64,000 bases of DNA from Spirochaetota bacterium (GTDB lineage Bacteria; Spirochaetota; UBA4802; UBA5550), in contig OY760686.1 in the NCBI GenBank assembly GCA_963663865.1, forward strand, positions 1,536,001-1,600,000. The letters are read 5' to 3'. This document shows positions 50,667 through 60,970 of the stretch, piece by piece. A model generated the notes under the pieces. It ran no database searches and had not been told where the DNA came from. It worked only from the letters and a program-made list of their open reading frames with translations. Position 1 is the first letter of the stretch. Each line of letters opens with the position of its first letter. The position numbers and the translations under genes were made by a program.

Positions 50667-52924
50667 TCCAGTATCTTGGCTAATAGTTTTTGCTGTGTAT
50701 CTGTAAAGGCGATTAGCTCGTCTTCATGAACATGAAATGAGCTGTCTTTGCCGCTGTTAAGCTTTGTGAAAATGCCGTAAAGTCGAAGATCTGAGTAAAT
50801 AAGTCTGTCGCGGGATATCGACCAAAGGGTGTCGCCGGGTTGAACGGTAATTTTGCTGTTGTCAGGCATTTTGAGCACATTGGCTGGATATATCCAGTTT
50901 GGGTCCTTCCCCTGTTTCGAGATATCTGATAATTCAGCGTATCCGTTTGAGGCCGCTATTCTGTTGGCAATTCGATAGATGTCAACGGGGCTTATCTCTG
51001 ACCTGAAAGCATCAGGCAGGGCTTTGTAGTTTAGTTTCTCTGTTTCAGTTAGCGAAGGACGATGCGGTAGTGTTTCTCCTGGCTTGAGCCCTTTCTCTAC
51101 GGATTTTTCAGATAGCAGAAGTACTAATAGGGCCGGTATTGCAAATAATAATACTGCAGCAAAAAGAATTGAAGCCTTACTCCTCAACCATGAGGCAGGC
51201 AGTGAGGTTGTTTTGTTTACTGACCGGCGAGTTGCATCCTGGCCCCCACCCGGTAATGGCGAAGATTGAATGATTTTATTCAGTCGTTCGTGTTCTTCAC
51301 TCAGACGTATTATCTTGTTATCATAGTCGGAATTTTTAACCTGTCTGTCAAGCCGGGTGATGAGAAGCTTTAATCTCTCCCTGTCCCGGGCGATCAGTTC
51401 AGAGGCTGATGTGATTCTGTCGGATAATTCCATATGCTTCAGCAGATTAACCTCATCACGATGAGATTTGATAAACTCGTAGATCCTGGAGCCGTACCAC
51501 GAAAGTGTAATTTCAGAAACCAGGGGATGGAGGGATTCACTTGTTGCCAGATGTTTCGATATTTCCTGTAAAAGCCTTTTGTAGACCGCGAACCTGGCTC
51601 GGTCGGGAGTCGCATCCTGATGAAAGGAAATGAGGCTTTTCAGATTATAGTTAAAGGTTGTGTCTGCCGGAGTGCTTTCAATCATGCTCAGAATGGTTTC
51701 TTCATCGCCTTCGCTCACGAGCGAAGCAGATTGCAGCGGAAGATTGTGATGGAGGTGAATTTCTTCGCCTTTAGACAGTTTGACAGGGCAATACTTTATT
51801 CCCGGACGTAAAAGAGTTACCCCCGGCGAGAGCCTTTCTTGCGGGATTGAATCTCCATAGAGAACAACCTGAACGGGGGATCCTGAAAATAGCAGGGCAT
51901 TTGAAGAAAAAAGCTCATAAGATGTGATTACGGCGTCAGGATTACGGTGTACCGCGTTCTTGATAAGTTTGCTCTCATAAGCGAATATGATACGAATGAC
52001 GTTTTGAACCCTGCTTCCCTGAGAAGCAATAAGAAGTTCAAAGCCTCCTGGAAGAAAGTCCACGGTAACCCTGTCGATGCCGATACTGCGTGGAGGTTTG
52101 AGCTCCTTCAGCTTTTCATTTTGCTGCGTAAATGAACGCAGCCTGTTGCCCAGGTGGTGAACCTGAAGGGAGCATGCAGTGCCTTTCTGTCTCTGCCAGG
52201 TTGAAAGGGGGAATACACTGTAAACAGGTTGATTTTGCGGCAGCAATATATGCTCAATTCTGCTGGGATCGACGGGCGATGAAGCGAAAGCTTTAACGTC
52301 ATCATGCGGATATCCGGCTAATATGGTCCTGCCGGCGGATGTTATACTGAGGGAGTTCCCGATTACGGAGAGCGATATCCCCCCTTCGATTTCAGATGTC
52401 CGGTTGAGGCTGGAAATAATGTCAAAGCCCGAAAGCCGGGAAAATGAGGTCTTTTGGGCCTCGGACAGGTCGAGCAGTGGAACGCCGTTGCATAGCAGCT
52501 TGAAGTTGCCGTTTGGGCTGAATATCCCTGAAAATTGGCCGTCGCCGGGGACGTTCATGTTGCTGTTGATCTCAGGCAGATCGCTTTCCGTACTTACAGT
52601 CGCTTCGTTGACATGGGAAAATCCACAGTCACTTAGAGATGTGAAATAGAGGTCAAGCGCCTGCTTCGAGCCGAAATATCTGTTTTTTGAGGGTTCAACG
52701 GAGTCGATGTTGAACAGTTCAGCCTGCGGGGATGCACAGACAGTTTCGCTCAGTACAATACAGTCTATGAGGGGTATGACTTCGCGCGGCAGAGCATGAG
52801 AGCTGCCTAATCTTATGAATGGACGCTGTTCAGCGCAACCGCTGCCTGTGTAGATGATGAAGCAGTCATGGTCTATGATGAACACCCTGTCACTTTCCGT
52901 ATGCAAAGCGTGATCTGCTGTCAT
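50630..52924 (-). CDS. Membrane protein with a large N-terminal domain, one TM and a C-terminal LysM-type region
   Basis: TM ILFAAVLLFAIPALLVLLL, then KDPNWIYP...ITVQPGDTLWSIS. Confidence 0.75.
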   Translation of the reverse strand: MTADHALHTESDRVFIIDHDCFIIYTGSGCAEQRPFIRLGSSHALPREVIPLIDCIVLSETVCASPQAELFNIDSVEPSKNRYFGSKQALDLYFTSLSDCGFSHVNEATVSTESDLPEINSNMNVPGDGQFSGIFSPNGNFKLLCNGVPLLDLSEAQKTSFSRLSGFDIISSLNRTSEIEGGISLSVIGNSLSITSAGRTILAGYPHDDVKAFASSPVDPSRIEHILLPQNQPVYSVFPLSTWQRQKGTACSLQVHHLGNRLRSFTQQNEKLKELKPPRSIGIDRVTVDFLPGGFELLIASQGSRVQNVIRIIFAYESKLIKNAVHRNPDAVITSYELFSSNALLFSGSPVQVVLYGDSIPQERLSPGVTLLRPGIKYCPVKLSKGEEIHLHHNLPLQSASLVSEGDEETILSMIESTPADTTFNYNLKSLISFHQDATPDRARFAVYKRLLQEISKHLATSESLHPLVSEITLSWYGSRIYEFIKSHRDEVNLLKHMELSDRITSASELIARDRERLKLLITRLDRQVKNSDYDNKIIRLSEEHERLNKIIQSSPLPGGGQDATRRSVNKTTSLPASWLRSKASILFAAVLLFAIPALLVLLLSEKSVEKGLKPGETLPHRPSLTETEKLNYKALPDAFRSEISPVDIYRIANRIAASNGYAELSDISKQGKDPNWIYPANVLKMPDNSKITVQPGDTLWSISRDRLIYSDLRLYGIFTKLNSGKDSSFHVHEDELIAFTDTQQKLLAKILEWTKKNTTTSNR

Positions 52925-53153
52925 ATTATATTAAACCGATACTTGTGATTAAACTCAGTCTGGTTGATTCGTATTCATCTTTAATATCTGTTTAAATGAA
53001 TGCAATAACAATTTTCTTGCGACTTGCCGATGGATGGAGCCTTAACTCGCTATGTCGGCTTGCCGATACTGTATAAACGGGGTATTATTGTATTGACAGA
53101 GCATTAATCTGACGGCATTGTCTTAGAGCAATTTTAAATAATAACAGGGAATA

Positions 53154-55595
53154 ATGAATCTTTCCAGATTAGTAATAGCGCTGAGTATCAGATCCAGATT
53201 TTCGCGTAGAAATTACATGAGAAACTTTCTCATGTTGTTGCTTGTTGCTCTCGTTTCAGTTCTTCTGTCGGGACGCGGTGCCGATACCGCCCCGGTCGGA
53301 TGGGAAAAAGCTCAGTATATTTCAAAGTACGGTCTGAAGGTTAGAAACGCCTCAGTCGACGCTAAGGGTAAATTTATTGCGGCCGCATTTGAGGCGGATG
53401 ACCGGAACGCGGGCCATGGGATTTACGCGTCTGTTTCCTTCGATGCTGGAATTAGCTATATTCCCTCCGTAAAAATTGCCGAAACAAACCGGGTTATTGC
53501 GAATAATCCCAGGGTAGCTGTTTCAGGCAATGGGCAGGTATTTGTTGCATGGCAGAATCATGAAATTTCAGATGCGGAAAACAGAATCAACTATGTGGTG
53601 TCACGCGATTTAGGAGCTACATGGAGCGAGGTTAAGAAGCTTAATCTTGGCCATGAGATGGAGATGCTTCCCAGGGTTTTCTACGATCACAAAAACCGCC
53701 TTCACCTGTTCTTCCATGCCATGAAGAGCGGTTCTTTTAACCTTTTTCACTGCACTACTGAAGACGGCCTCATCTTTAGCCCTGCTGTTGTTCTCGTTAA
53801 GCTCGCTTCAGATATGAGGGGGGCTTTTTTCCCTGCGATACACCTTTCGGGCAGCGGAATTTATATGGTCTGGCAGGGCAGGAGCGGGGATTTTACGGAC
53901 GATCTCTATTTTATGAAGTCGGCAAATTACGGCCGCAGCTGGACTTCTCCAGAAAGAATTACTTACAGCCGGGCGAGCGACGCGGCTCCGTCAATTTTGC
54001 TGTACGGTAATGACATATACGTTGTATATCAGAATAACGACGATAAAACATGGTCGATAAGGATGATCAGAGGGCTCGATTTCGGCGAAGACTGGGAAAA
54101 AACGCCGATTCAGGTTACCTCGACGAACTCGAACTGCCTTTCTCCCAGGATAGCTGTTTCAAGGCCTGAACAGCTTGTTGTAACCTGGTATGATACGCGT
54201 TCACGAGTACCTGCGGTTTTTTCATCGGAATATGATCTGTCTAAGAGGGCCTTTAGCGATGGAGCCCGGCTTTCTGATGAAAGACTGGCGGTTAGAAATC
54301 CTGAACTTGCTTCTTCCGGAAATAAGGCTCTCCTTTTCTGGGAGCAGGCAGACAGGCTTGTTACGAAATACAGCGATGTGTATGCTGCTCCTCCGGCGGT
54401 CTTTTCAGATACGCACCCCGAAGGTGTCTGGAGCAGGAATTCAACCGCGAGGATAGAGTGGAAGGCCCCTGATGACGAATCAGGCATAGTTGGCTACGCG
54501 ACCATGATTACGCGCCCCTCCCAGTCAGTCAGAGTTGAAGAGATAAATCCAACGATTCAAAACCTCAACGCGAGTTCCAATGTTGCCGTTCTCGCGGAGC
54601 TTGAGGATGGCGTGAATGTTTTTCACATAAGGGCTATTGATGGAGCCGGAAATTTAAGCCGTACAGTGCATTATAGAATACAGGTTAGCGTAAATCCGAT
54701 TCCAATGCCTCTTGTTATATCTCCGACGCACCGTCAGGGAGAGAAAGCTGATACGAATACAGCCACTTTCAAGTGGACAGTTGACGGAAGGGAAAGACTC
54801 AAGGGATTTGCTTACAGTCTTTCAAAAGACAGGCCTGAATACCCGGGGCTATTTGTCAGGGATTTCAGCAAGAGTTTCGAAAACCTCGAGCCGGGAAACT
54901 ATTTTTTCAGCCTGGCGGCAGTTGACAAGACCGACCGGTATAGTCCTGTTGCCGATTACCATATTGTAGTGGGAGATGTTGAGGCCTTGAACCAGGATGA
55001 ACTTCTTGAAAGAACGAAGGACAGAGACCGCGAGGCTTTGGACGAAAGGCGATGGCTTGCTGAAAAAGGGACAAGAACTCGGAGGATATCCGCTCCGAAA
55101 GCAGATATAATGCTTCCTTTCGAAGCAGGCACTGTTTTCGAAGGCAACTCGTTCAGAGCGGAAATAAGGGCAATCGGTATTAATCCTTCAAGAATTGAAG
55201 GTTACTATTTTAAATACGGGAGTGAACCGTCGGCTGAGGAGCTGAAAGTCAATTCGGGCAGAGTAGTGACGCTTGAGGGATTGAAGCCGGGCAAGTACTA
55301 TCTTTCAGCCAGGATCCGTTATCATACAATCTCTAAAGGGAGAAAGGTCTATCAGTGGTCAAGGCCTCACGATGCGGTTGTTGAAGTGGGTGCTGTTCCT
55401 GAAATTCGTCCGCTGAACCGGTATGCCGGAATGCTTATACGGAAACTGACAGGGACTAAAGCCATAATTCTCGGAGGAGGGCTGATCGTTTTTATGATGT
55501 CAGCACTTTTTTTCGGAGGGGCGGGGAGAATGCCTTTCTATTTTCGGCTGTATCGATACAGGTTAAAAACCATTATCAGGGCTGCTGTTCGATAA
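53154..55595 (+). CDS. Exported Asp-box (BNR) beta-propeller + FN3/Ig-like domains + C-terminal TM (start 53154 or 53217)
   Basis: Asp-box-like SFDAGISY, SRDLGATW, SANYGRSW, GLDFGEDW; FN3-like WKAPDDESGIVGY, FHIRAIDGAGN, NLEPGNY.F; C-terminal hydrophobic helix. Confidence 0.8.
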   Translation: MNLSRLVIALSIRSRFSRRNYMRNFLMLLLVALVSVLLSGRGADTAPVGWEKAQYISKYGLKVRNASVDAKGKFIAAAFEADDRNAGHGIYASVSFDAGISYIPSVKIAETNRVIANNPRVAVSGNGQVFVAWQNHEISDAENRINYVVSRDLGATWSEVKKLNLGHEMEMLPRVFYDHKNRLHLFFHAMKSGSFNLFHCTTEDGLIFSPAVVLVKLASDMRGAFFPAIHLSGSGIYMVWQGRSGDFTDDLYFMKSANYGRSWTSPERITYSRASDAAPSILLYGNDIYVVYQNNDDKTWSIRMIRGLDFGEDWEKTPIQVTSTNSNCLSPRIAVSRPEQLVVTWYDTRSRVPAVFSSEYDLSKRAFSDGARLSDERLAVRNPELASSGNKALLFWEQADRLVTKYSDVYAAPPAVFSDTHPEGVWSRNSTARIEWKAPDDESGIVGYATMITRPSQSVRVEEINPTIQNLNASSNVAVLAELEDGVNVFHIRAIDGAGNLSRTVHYRIQVSVNPIPMPLVISPTHRQGEKADTNTATFKWTVDGRERLKGFAYSLSKDRPEYPGLFVRDFSKSFENLEPGNYFFSLAAVDKTDRYSPVADYHIVVGDVEALNQDELLERTKDRDREALDERRWLAEKGTRTRRISAPKADIMLPFEAGTVFEGNSFRAEIRAIGINPSRIEGYYFKYGSEPSAEELKVNSGRVVTLEGLKPGKYYLSARIRYHTISKGRKVYQWSRPHDAVVEVGAVPEIRPLNRYAGMLIRKLTGTKAIILGGGLIVFMMSALFFGGAGRMPFYFRLYRYRLKTIIRAAVR

Positions 55596-55596
55596 T

Positions 55597-57522
55597 ATGG
55601 GTTTTAAAAGAATCAGCATTATGTTATCATTTTTTCTCCTGGCAGCGTCAGTTTTCTCAGCTGACATTGAAGAGATGGACAGCCGGGCGCAGGAGCATTA
55701 TGACAGGAAGGAATTCACAAGTGCCATTTCCCTGTGGCTTGCGATACTTGACCTGAGTCCCGGAAATGAGAAAATCCAGTCAAAAATTGAGATGATTTAT
55801 GACCTGAAACAGAGAAAAGATGTTTCTCTTCAGAGGGCGAAGCTTAACTACAGAATTGCCTTAAAGAACTTCGATTTAAACTATGACCTGGCGAAGAGAA
55901 GGGCGCGACTGGCCATTGATGATTACATTGAAGCTTACAGGATTGACCCTGAGGATCAGGAGGTCCAGCTTCTGAAAGACGACATGAAAGTCCTCAACGA
56001 CAGGATTTCTGCTGAAGAGGAGAGGCAGAGGCTTTCGCGGGAACTCAGGATGAAGGCGGACGCTCTGGCTGTCAGGGCTGCACAGGAGATGGAGAAAGAG
56101 AATTATCCTGCCGCTCTGGCAATCTGGAATGAAATTCTCTCATTTTTACCTCAGGATGTCAATGCGCAGGAAGGCAAAAGAAAATGCGAGCTTGCGATTC
56201 AAAACAGAATACGATTTGAGACGATTAAATCATTCATCGTCAAAGGTAAAACTCTGTTTCAACAGAAAGAGTTCAGGGGAGCAAGGCTTGCGTTTTCACA
56301 GGCACTTAACCTTGACCCGAAAAACAGAGAGGCAAAGGACTATCTAAGGGATGTAGAAGAAGAGCTCAATAAGCTGCGGGAGTATGAGCAGAGGCGTGTG
56401 CAGGCTGAGAGCTTCTATCAGGCAGGGCTTAAGAGTGTTTCGGAAAACGACTTTGTTCAGGCACTCGACGATTTTGAAAGTGCCCTTGCCCTTATTGACA
56501 ATTACAGGGACGCACGCCAGAGAATAAGCGATATAGCCAGGCTCAGGAAGGAATACGAGGATCGGGAGAAAGCAAGGCGGCTGCAGACAATTGACAGAGA
56601 ATTTCAGCGCGGTGTCATATCTTTCACTGAAGGGCGATACCGGGAGGCCATCTCTGCTTTTGACAGAACACTAACCCTTGACCCGGGAAACAGCCAGGCT
56701 AAGGAATTTCTACAGCGCGCAAAGGATGCTGAGCGGGAGATGGCTGAAGAGGTAGTTGATGAATTCTCACCCTACTATGATATAGTAAACTCGCTTGTTG
56801 TGTCGGGTAAGGCTCTGTTTCAGAGAAAGAAATATCAGGAATCAAGGGAGAAATGGGCACAGATTCTCAATCTTTTCCCTAAAAATGCGATTGCAATTGA
56901 ATATATTTTAAAATGCGATGTAAATCTCAATCCGGAAAGGTACAAAACTTTTGCGGACAGAATAATTTCTCAGGCAAAGGAAGATATAGCAAGCCGCAGT
57001 TTTAAAGCGGCAGTGAGAAAGCTCGAACTTATAAAAAGTATTCAGCCGGATTATCCCGGTCTGAGCGCGCTTCTTGCAAAGGCAGGAAATGCAGCAAGGA
57101 GCCCGGCAGCGGATTTAAAACCTGGCGTTGTACCGGCCGATCCGGCAGAGATAGAAAGGAGGCTGCGACTTGCGGCACAGTACTTCCAGAGAGGAGGGCG
57201 CGAGAATTACAGGCTGGCGCTTGAAAACTACAGATGGATTACTGAGCGGAACCCGGAAAATATTCAGGCTGTGATTGGCCGAAACAAAATCGAATCTCAG
57301 CTGAGAATTGGGCAGGCTGCTCCCGACAGGCCCGCCGCGCGAACTCTGACTGCCGAGCAGAGGGCGCTTGTTAACAGGCATTACTACAATGGAATAAACT
57401 TTTATACAAATAATGACTTTAGAAGGGCAATTGAGGAGTGGCGAAGGGTGCTGGCTATTGACCCCAACCACGTTAAAGCCAGAAATAACATCAGAAAATC
57501 TCTTGGATTTCTTGGACGTTAA
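55597..57522 (+). CDS. Exported multi-TPR protein
   Basis: Signal peptide; many TPRs ending LDP.N..A separated by coiled segments. Confidence 0.88.
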   Translation: MGFKRISIMLSFFLLAASVFSADIEEMDSRAQEHYDRKEFTSAISLWLAILDLSPGNEKIQSKIEMIYDLKQRKDVSLQRAKLNYRIALKNFDLNYDLAKRRARLAIDDYIEAYRIDPEDQEVQLLKDDMKVLNDRISAEEERQRLSRELRMKADALAVRAAQEMEKENYPAALAIWNEILSFLPQDVNAQEGKRKCELAIQNRIRFETIKSFIVKGKTLFQQKEFRGARLAFSQALNLDPKNREAKDYLRDVEEELNKLREYEQRRVQAESFYQAGLKSVSENDFVQALDDFESALALIDNYRDARQRISDIARLRKEYEDREKARRLQTIDREFQRGVISFTEGRYREAISAFDRTLTLDPGNSQAKEFLQRAKDAEREMAEEVVDEFSPYYDIVNSLVVSGKALFQRKKYQESREKWAQILNLFPKNAIAIEYILKCDVNLNPERYKTFADRIISQAKEDIASRSFKAAVRKLELIKSIQPDYPGLSALLAKAGNAARSPAADLKPGVVPADPAEIERRLRLAAQYFQRGGRENYRLALENYRWITERNPENIQAVIGRNKIESQLRIGQAAPDRPAARTLTAEQRALVNRHYYNGINFYTNNDFRRAIEEWRRVLAIDPNHVKARNNIRKSLGFLGR

Positions 57523-57546
57523 TATAATTTAACAGGAGCCGTTTGG

Positions 57547-59088
57547 ATGAATCAGACAGAGTCAGAGAATAAACAGGATAAGGTATTGAGGATTAAATTC
57601 GGACTTAGACTCAAGATTACTGTTTCCATAATAACACTCGTTGCGGCTGTCCTCGGAACAATTGCTGTATATTTTATTTTCAGGGAAAGCGAGCTTCTGA
57701 GGAATCAGATATTCGATTCTATGAAAAGAGAAATTGAACATCTTGCAGGGACTGCGCAGGAATCAATAGGGGTTGACGAACTTGCGATAATATCATCCAT
57801 CAAAAATCTGGAAAAGATTTCGTATATCAAGTATGCCTATGTGCTGAACAGAGACGGGCAGGTAATACAATATTTTCACAGAACTAAAAAAATGAATCCT
57901 GGAGAGAAGCTCGATGACGGATTGGCAAGAAGCTTCAATGAAGGAACATCTGAGACAAAAATCATTGATATTGAGGATTCTGAAGACAGCTCTGGAAGAA
58001 TTCATGATTTTTCACGACCGGTACTGAACAAATTAGACGGTAAGCCGATAGGAATGACTGTTATTGGGCTTTCGGATATTATCATCCGGAAAGAAATCGC
58101 CAATATGATCAGGATAATCGGTATTATATCATTGATTTTTCTTGGAATCTCCATAGCGGGCTCAGTAATACTCGCGGGCGTAATTATCAGGCCTATAAAA
58201 AAGCTGTCCACCGGAGCGATTCAGATAGGTAAAGGGGATTTGGATTACAGAATAAACCTGAATTCGGGAGATGAGCTTGGACTTCTTGCACGGGAGTTCA
58301 ATGATATGACAAGGCTAATAAAAGAGGGCAAGTCAAAGGAAATTGAAGCCAGGCTTATGCAGGAACAGCTTGATATGGCCCGTGACATTCAGGAAGGATT
58401 GAATCCCATGGGTTATTATGAGAAGAACGGCGTGCAGATTAAGGGTTTCACCAGAGCGGCAAAAGGAGTTGGCGGTGATTATTTCGATTATATCGATATC
58501 GATGAAAACAGAGTAGGGGCCCTTATAAGCGACGTTTCCGGGAAGGGTGTTCCTGCTTCGCTGGTTATGGTTATGATAAGAACTGTTTTTACTTCGTATA
58601 TCACAAGGGGTGATGTCGACTGTTCGAGCGTGGTTACCGCAATAAATGATGCGTTAAGCGCCGACTTTGCTATCGATAAGTTTGCCACATTGTTTTTTAT
58701 GATCTATGACAGGTCGACCAGAGAGCTTTCTTTTGCCAATGCCGGTCATGGTCCCCTGTTAACTTATCGGGCCGCCAAACACACATGTACTGCTGCGAAG
58801 CTTGACGGAGTCCCTATCGGGATTATGGATGGAGTTGATTATGAGCAGGCGAGGGTGAAAATGGAACCGGGTGATATGGTGCTGATGTATACCGACGGAA
58901 TAACAGAAATGAGAAACTCCGAAAAGGAGGAATTCGGCATAAAGAGGGTATACAGCTTAATACGAAAAAACCATAACATGAACGCTGAAGAATTCGTTGA
59001 CAAACTTGTAGATGACGTGGAAAGTTTCAGGGGCGAAACACCGCCACATGACGACATGACGGTGCTTATGCTGAAGGTTACTTCGTAG
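57547..59088 (+). CDS. Membrane sensor with HAMP and SpoIIE/PP2C (RsbU-like) phosphatase domains
   Basis: Two TMs around a periplasmic domain; HAMP (PI..L...I..GDL...DELG.LA..FN.M); VGGDYFD, DVSGKG, NAGH, YTDG and DDMT motifs. Confidence 0.94.
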   Translation: MNQTESENKQDKVLRIKFGLRLKITVSIITLVAAVLGTIAVYFIFRESELLRNQIFDSMKREIEHLAGTAQESIGVDELAIISSIKNLEKISYIKYAYVLNRDGQVIQYFHRTKKMNPGEKLDDGLARSFNEGTSETKIIDIEDSEDSSGRIHDFSRPVLNKLDGKPIGMTVIGLSDIIIRKEIANMIRIIGIISLIFLGISIAGSVILAGVIIRPIKKLSTGAIQIGKGDLDYRINLNSGDELGLLAREFNDMTRLIKEGKSKEIEARLMQEQLDMARDIQEGLNPMGYYEKNGVQIKGFTRAAKGVGGDYFDYIDIDENRVGALISDVSGKGVPASLVMVMIRTVFTSYITRGDVDCSSVVTAINDALSADFAIDKFATLFFMIYDRSTRELSFANAGHGPLLTYRAAKHTCTAAKLDGVPIGIMDGVDYEQARVKMEPGDMVLMYTDGITEMRNSEKEEFGIKRVYSLIRKNHNMNAEEFVDKLVDDVESFRGETPPHDDMTVLMLKVTS

Positions 59089-59412
59089 CTATAGCAGCTC
59101 GTCAGAGCTTTCGTATATTTTGAAAAACTTATCAAGAGTGGCCAGTTTAAGGATGTTGAGAACATCATCGTGTATGTTCATAAGAGCAAATTTGCCATTA
59201 TGTGCCCTCATTTTTTTCTGGCCGGCAACAAGAGCTCCAATTCCTGATGAGTCCATATAATTAACATTGGCCATATCGACCACTACGCTGTTGTATTTTC
59301 CGTCAGTAATGCTGAAAAGCGCTTTTTTCAACTCGCTCACATTGTACAGGTCAACTTCACCGCTTACTTCAATTATCTTATGCTCTCCTATGTCTTTGAA
59401 AGCGATATCCAT
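59089..59412 (-). CDS. STAS anti-sigma factor antagonist (RsbV/SpoIIAA-like)
   Basis: SGEVD...V.YMDSSGIG.LV; phosphorylatable Ser motif intact. Confidence 0.93.
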   Translation of the reverse strand: MDIAFKDIGEHKIIEVSGEVDLYNVSELKKALFSITDGKYNSVVVDMANVNYMDSSGIGALVAGQKKMRAHNGKFALMNIHDDVLNILKLATLDKFFKIYESSDELL

Positions 59413-59675
59413 TCAAATCCCCCTGCTAATTATTAAACATATAGAAGCAGATTAAGTCAAATATTGTCAAATCATTATTATACAAAAAAAGCACAATCAG
59501 ACGGTTTATTTTAATTGTTCCACAATAACTGCTTGATCAAAAAAAATTGAATCGCCTGCTCACCGGTCAAATTGTTAACAATTAGCCCAATATTAATCTT
59601 TTTGAAAAGTAAACAATTTATGAATATTATCATACTTATTATCGGTAATGTAAAGCATAAAAATGGATTAAAATG

Positions 59676-59706
59676 GAAAGCAAAGCCGGGAGAAACTCTC
59701 CCGGCT
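59676..59706 (-). terminator. Intrinsic terminator after argG
   Basis: Perfect stem AGCCGGGAGA-3 nt-TCTCCCGGCT followed on the minus strand by TTGCTTT. Confidence 0.75.
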
Positions 59707-59713
59707 GAAAGAA

Positions 59714-60922
59714 TTACTTTTTGTATTTTTCTTGTAGAAGTGCTCCAACCTTAAGTGGTAGACCATAGATTCGCAAAAAGCCGGTTGCGTCCTTTTGATC
59801 GTAGAGATGGCTTTCATCAAAAGTAGCTATGTCTGGCTCGTAGAGAGTTATGTCAGACTTTCTTCCTACAACAGAGCACGATCCTTTAAAAAGCTTTACT
59901 CTCACGGAACCTGTCACATTTTTCTGGGTTTCGTTGATGAAGGCGTCAAGGGCTTCGCGCTTTTTGGTGAACCAGAGGCCATTGTAGACGAGTGTCGCAT
60001 ACTCTGACGCGAGCTTGTCTTTTAGATGCTGTGTGTCTCTGTCAAGAGTAATAGATTCGAGGTCACGGTGAGCCGCAAGAAGAACAGTTCCAGCAGGTGT
60101 TTCGTAGACCCCTCTCGATTTGATTCCAACGAGCCTGTTTTCGACAATATCGACCCTGCCAACGCCGTTTTCTCCGGCCATTTTGTTAAGTTTTTTCATC
60201 AGAGCTGAAGGGCCGAGCTTCTCTCCGTCAATCGAGACCGGCTCCCCTTTCTCAAAGCCAATTTCAACGTATGTTGGAGAATCAGGGGCCTTCTCAGGGG
60301 ATTTTGTCAGTATGAACATGCTTTCATCTGGCTCATTGTAGGGGTCTTCGAGTATACCGCCTTCATATGAGATGTGGAGTATGTTCCTGTCCATGCTGTA
60401 GGGCTTGTCCCTGGAGACCGGTACGGGGATGCCGTGCTTTTGCGCGTAGTCGAAAAGGCTTGACCTTGAGTTAAGCTCCCACTCCCTCCAGGGGGCTATT
60501 ATTTGAAGATGAGGAGCCAGGGCCATAAAGGCCATTTCAAAGCGCACCTGGTCATTGCCCTTTCCGGTTGCCCCGTGACAAACGGCATCAGCTCCTTCTT
60601 TCAGAGCAATTTCGACGTGTTTTTTCGCAATTACCGGCCTGGCCAATGATGTCCCGAGCAGGTATCTGTCCTCATAGATGGCATTTGCTTTGATTGCCTG
60701 AAAAACATATTCCTTTACAAATTCTTCAGTAAGGTCTTCGACATAGCATTTGGAAGCCCCTGTTTTTATCGCCTTTTCTTCAAGGCCGTCAAGTTCCTCT
60801 TCCTGACCCACATTGGCTGCGTAACATACTACCTCGCAATTGTATGTTTCAATGAGCCATTTGACTATGATGGATGTATCAAGTCCCCCTGAGTAAGCGA
60901 GTACTACTTTTTTTATGTCCAT
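59714..60922 (-). CDS. argG: Argininosuccinate synthase
   Basis: [23 protein letters not shown] and ENR.VGIKSRG.YETP motifs. Confidence 0.99.
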   Translation of the reverse strand: MDIKKVVLAYSGGLDTSIIVKWLIETYNCEVVCYAANVGQEEELDGLEEKAIKTGASKCYVEDLTEEFVKEYVFQAIKANAIYEDRYLLGTSLARPVIAKKHVEIALKEGADAVCHGATGKGNDQVRFEMAFMALAPHLQIIAPWREWELNSRSSLFDYAQKHGIPVPVSRDKPYSMDRNILHISYEGGILEDPYNEPDESMFILTKSPEKAPDSPTYVEIGFEKGEPVSIDGEKLGPSALMKKLNKMAGENGVGRVDIVENRLVGIKSRGVYETPAGTVLLAAHRDLESITLDRDTQHLKDKLASEYATLVYNGLWFTKKREALDAFINETQKNVTGSVRVKLFKGSCSVVGRKSDITLYEPDIATFDESHLYDQKDATGFLRIYGLPLKVGALLQEKYKK

Positions 60923-60970
60923 TTATTTCTCCGGTTATAATTCTTTATCCGGATAAATCCGGAATTTATA

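Noticed and set aside
53030-53110. Short ORF MDGALTRYVG... in the divergent spacer
   Set aside because: No SD, overlaps a probable TTGACA promoter, no supporting features.
59127-59145. CTTATCAAGAGTGG resembling the 5' end of a SAM-I riboswitch
   Set aside because: Lies antisense within the STAS coding sequence (ATLDKF) and the downstream conserved elements are missing.
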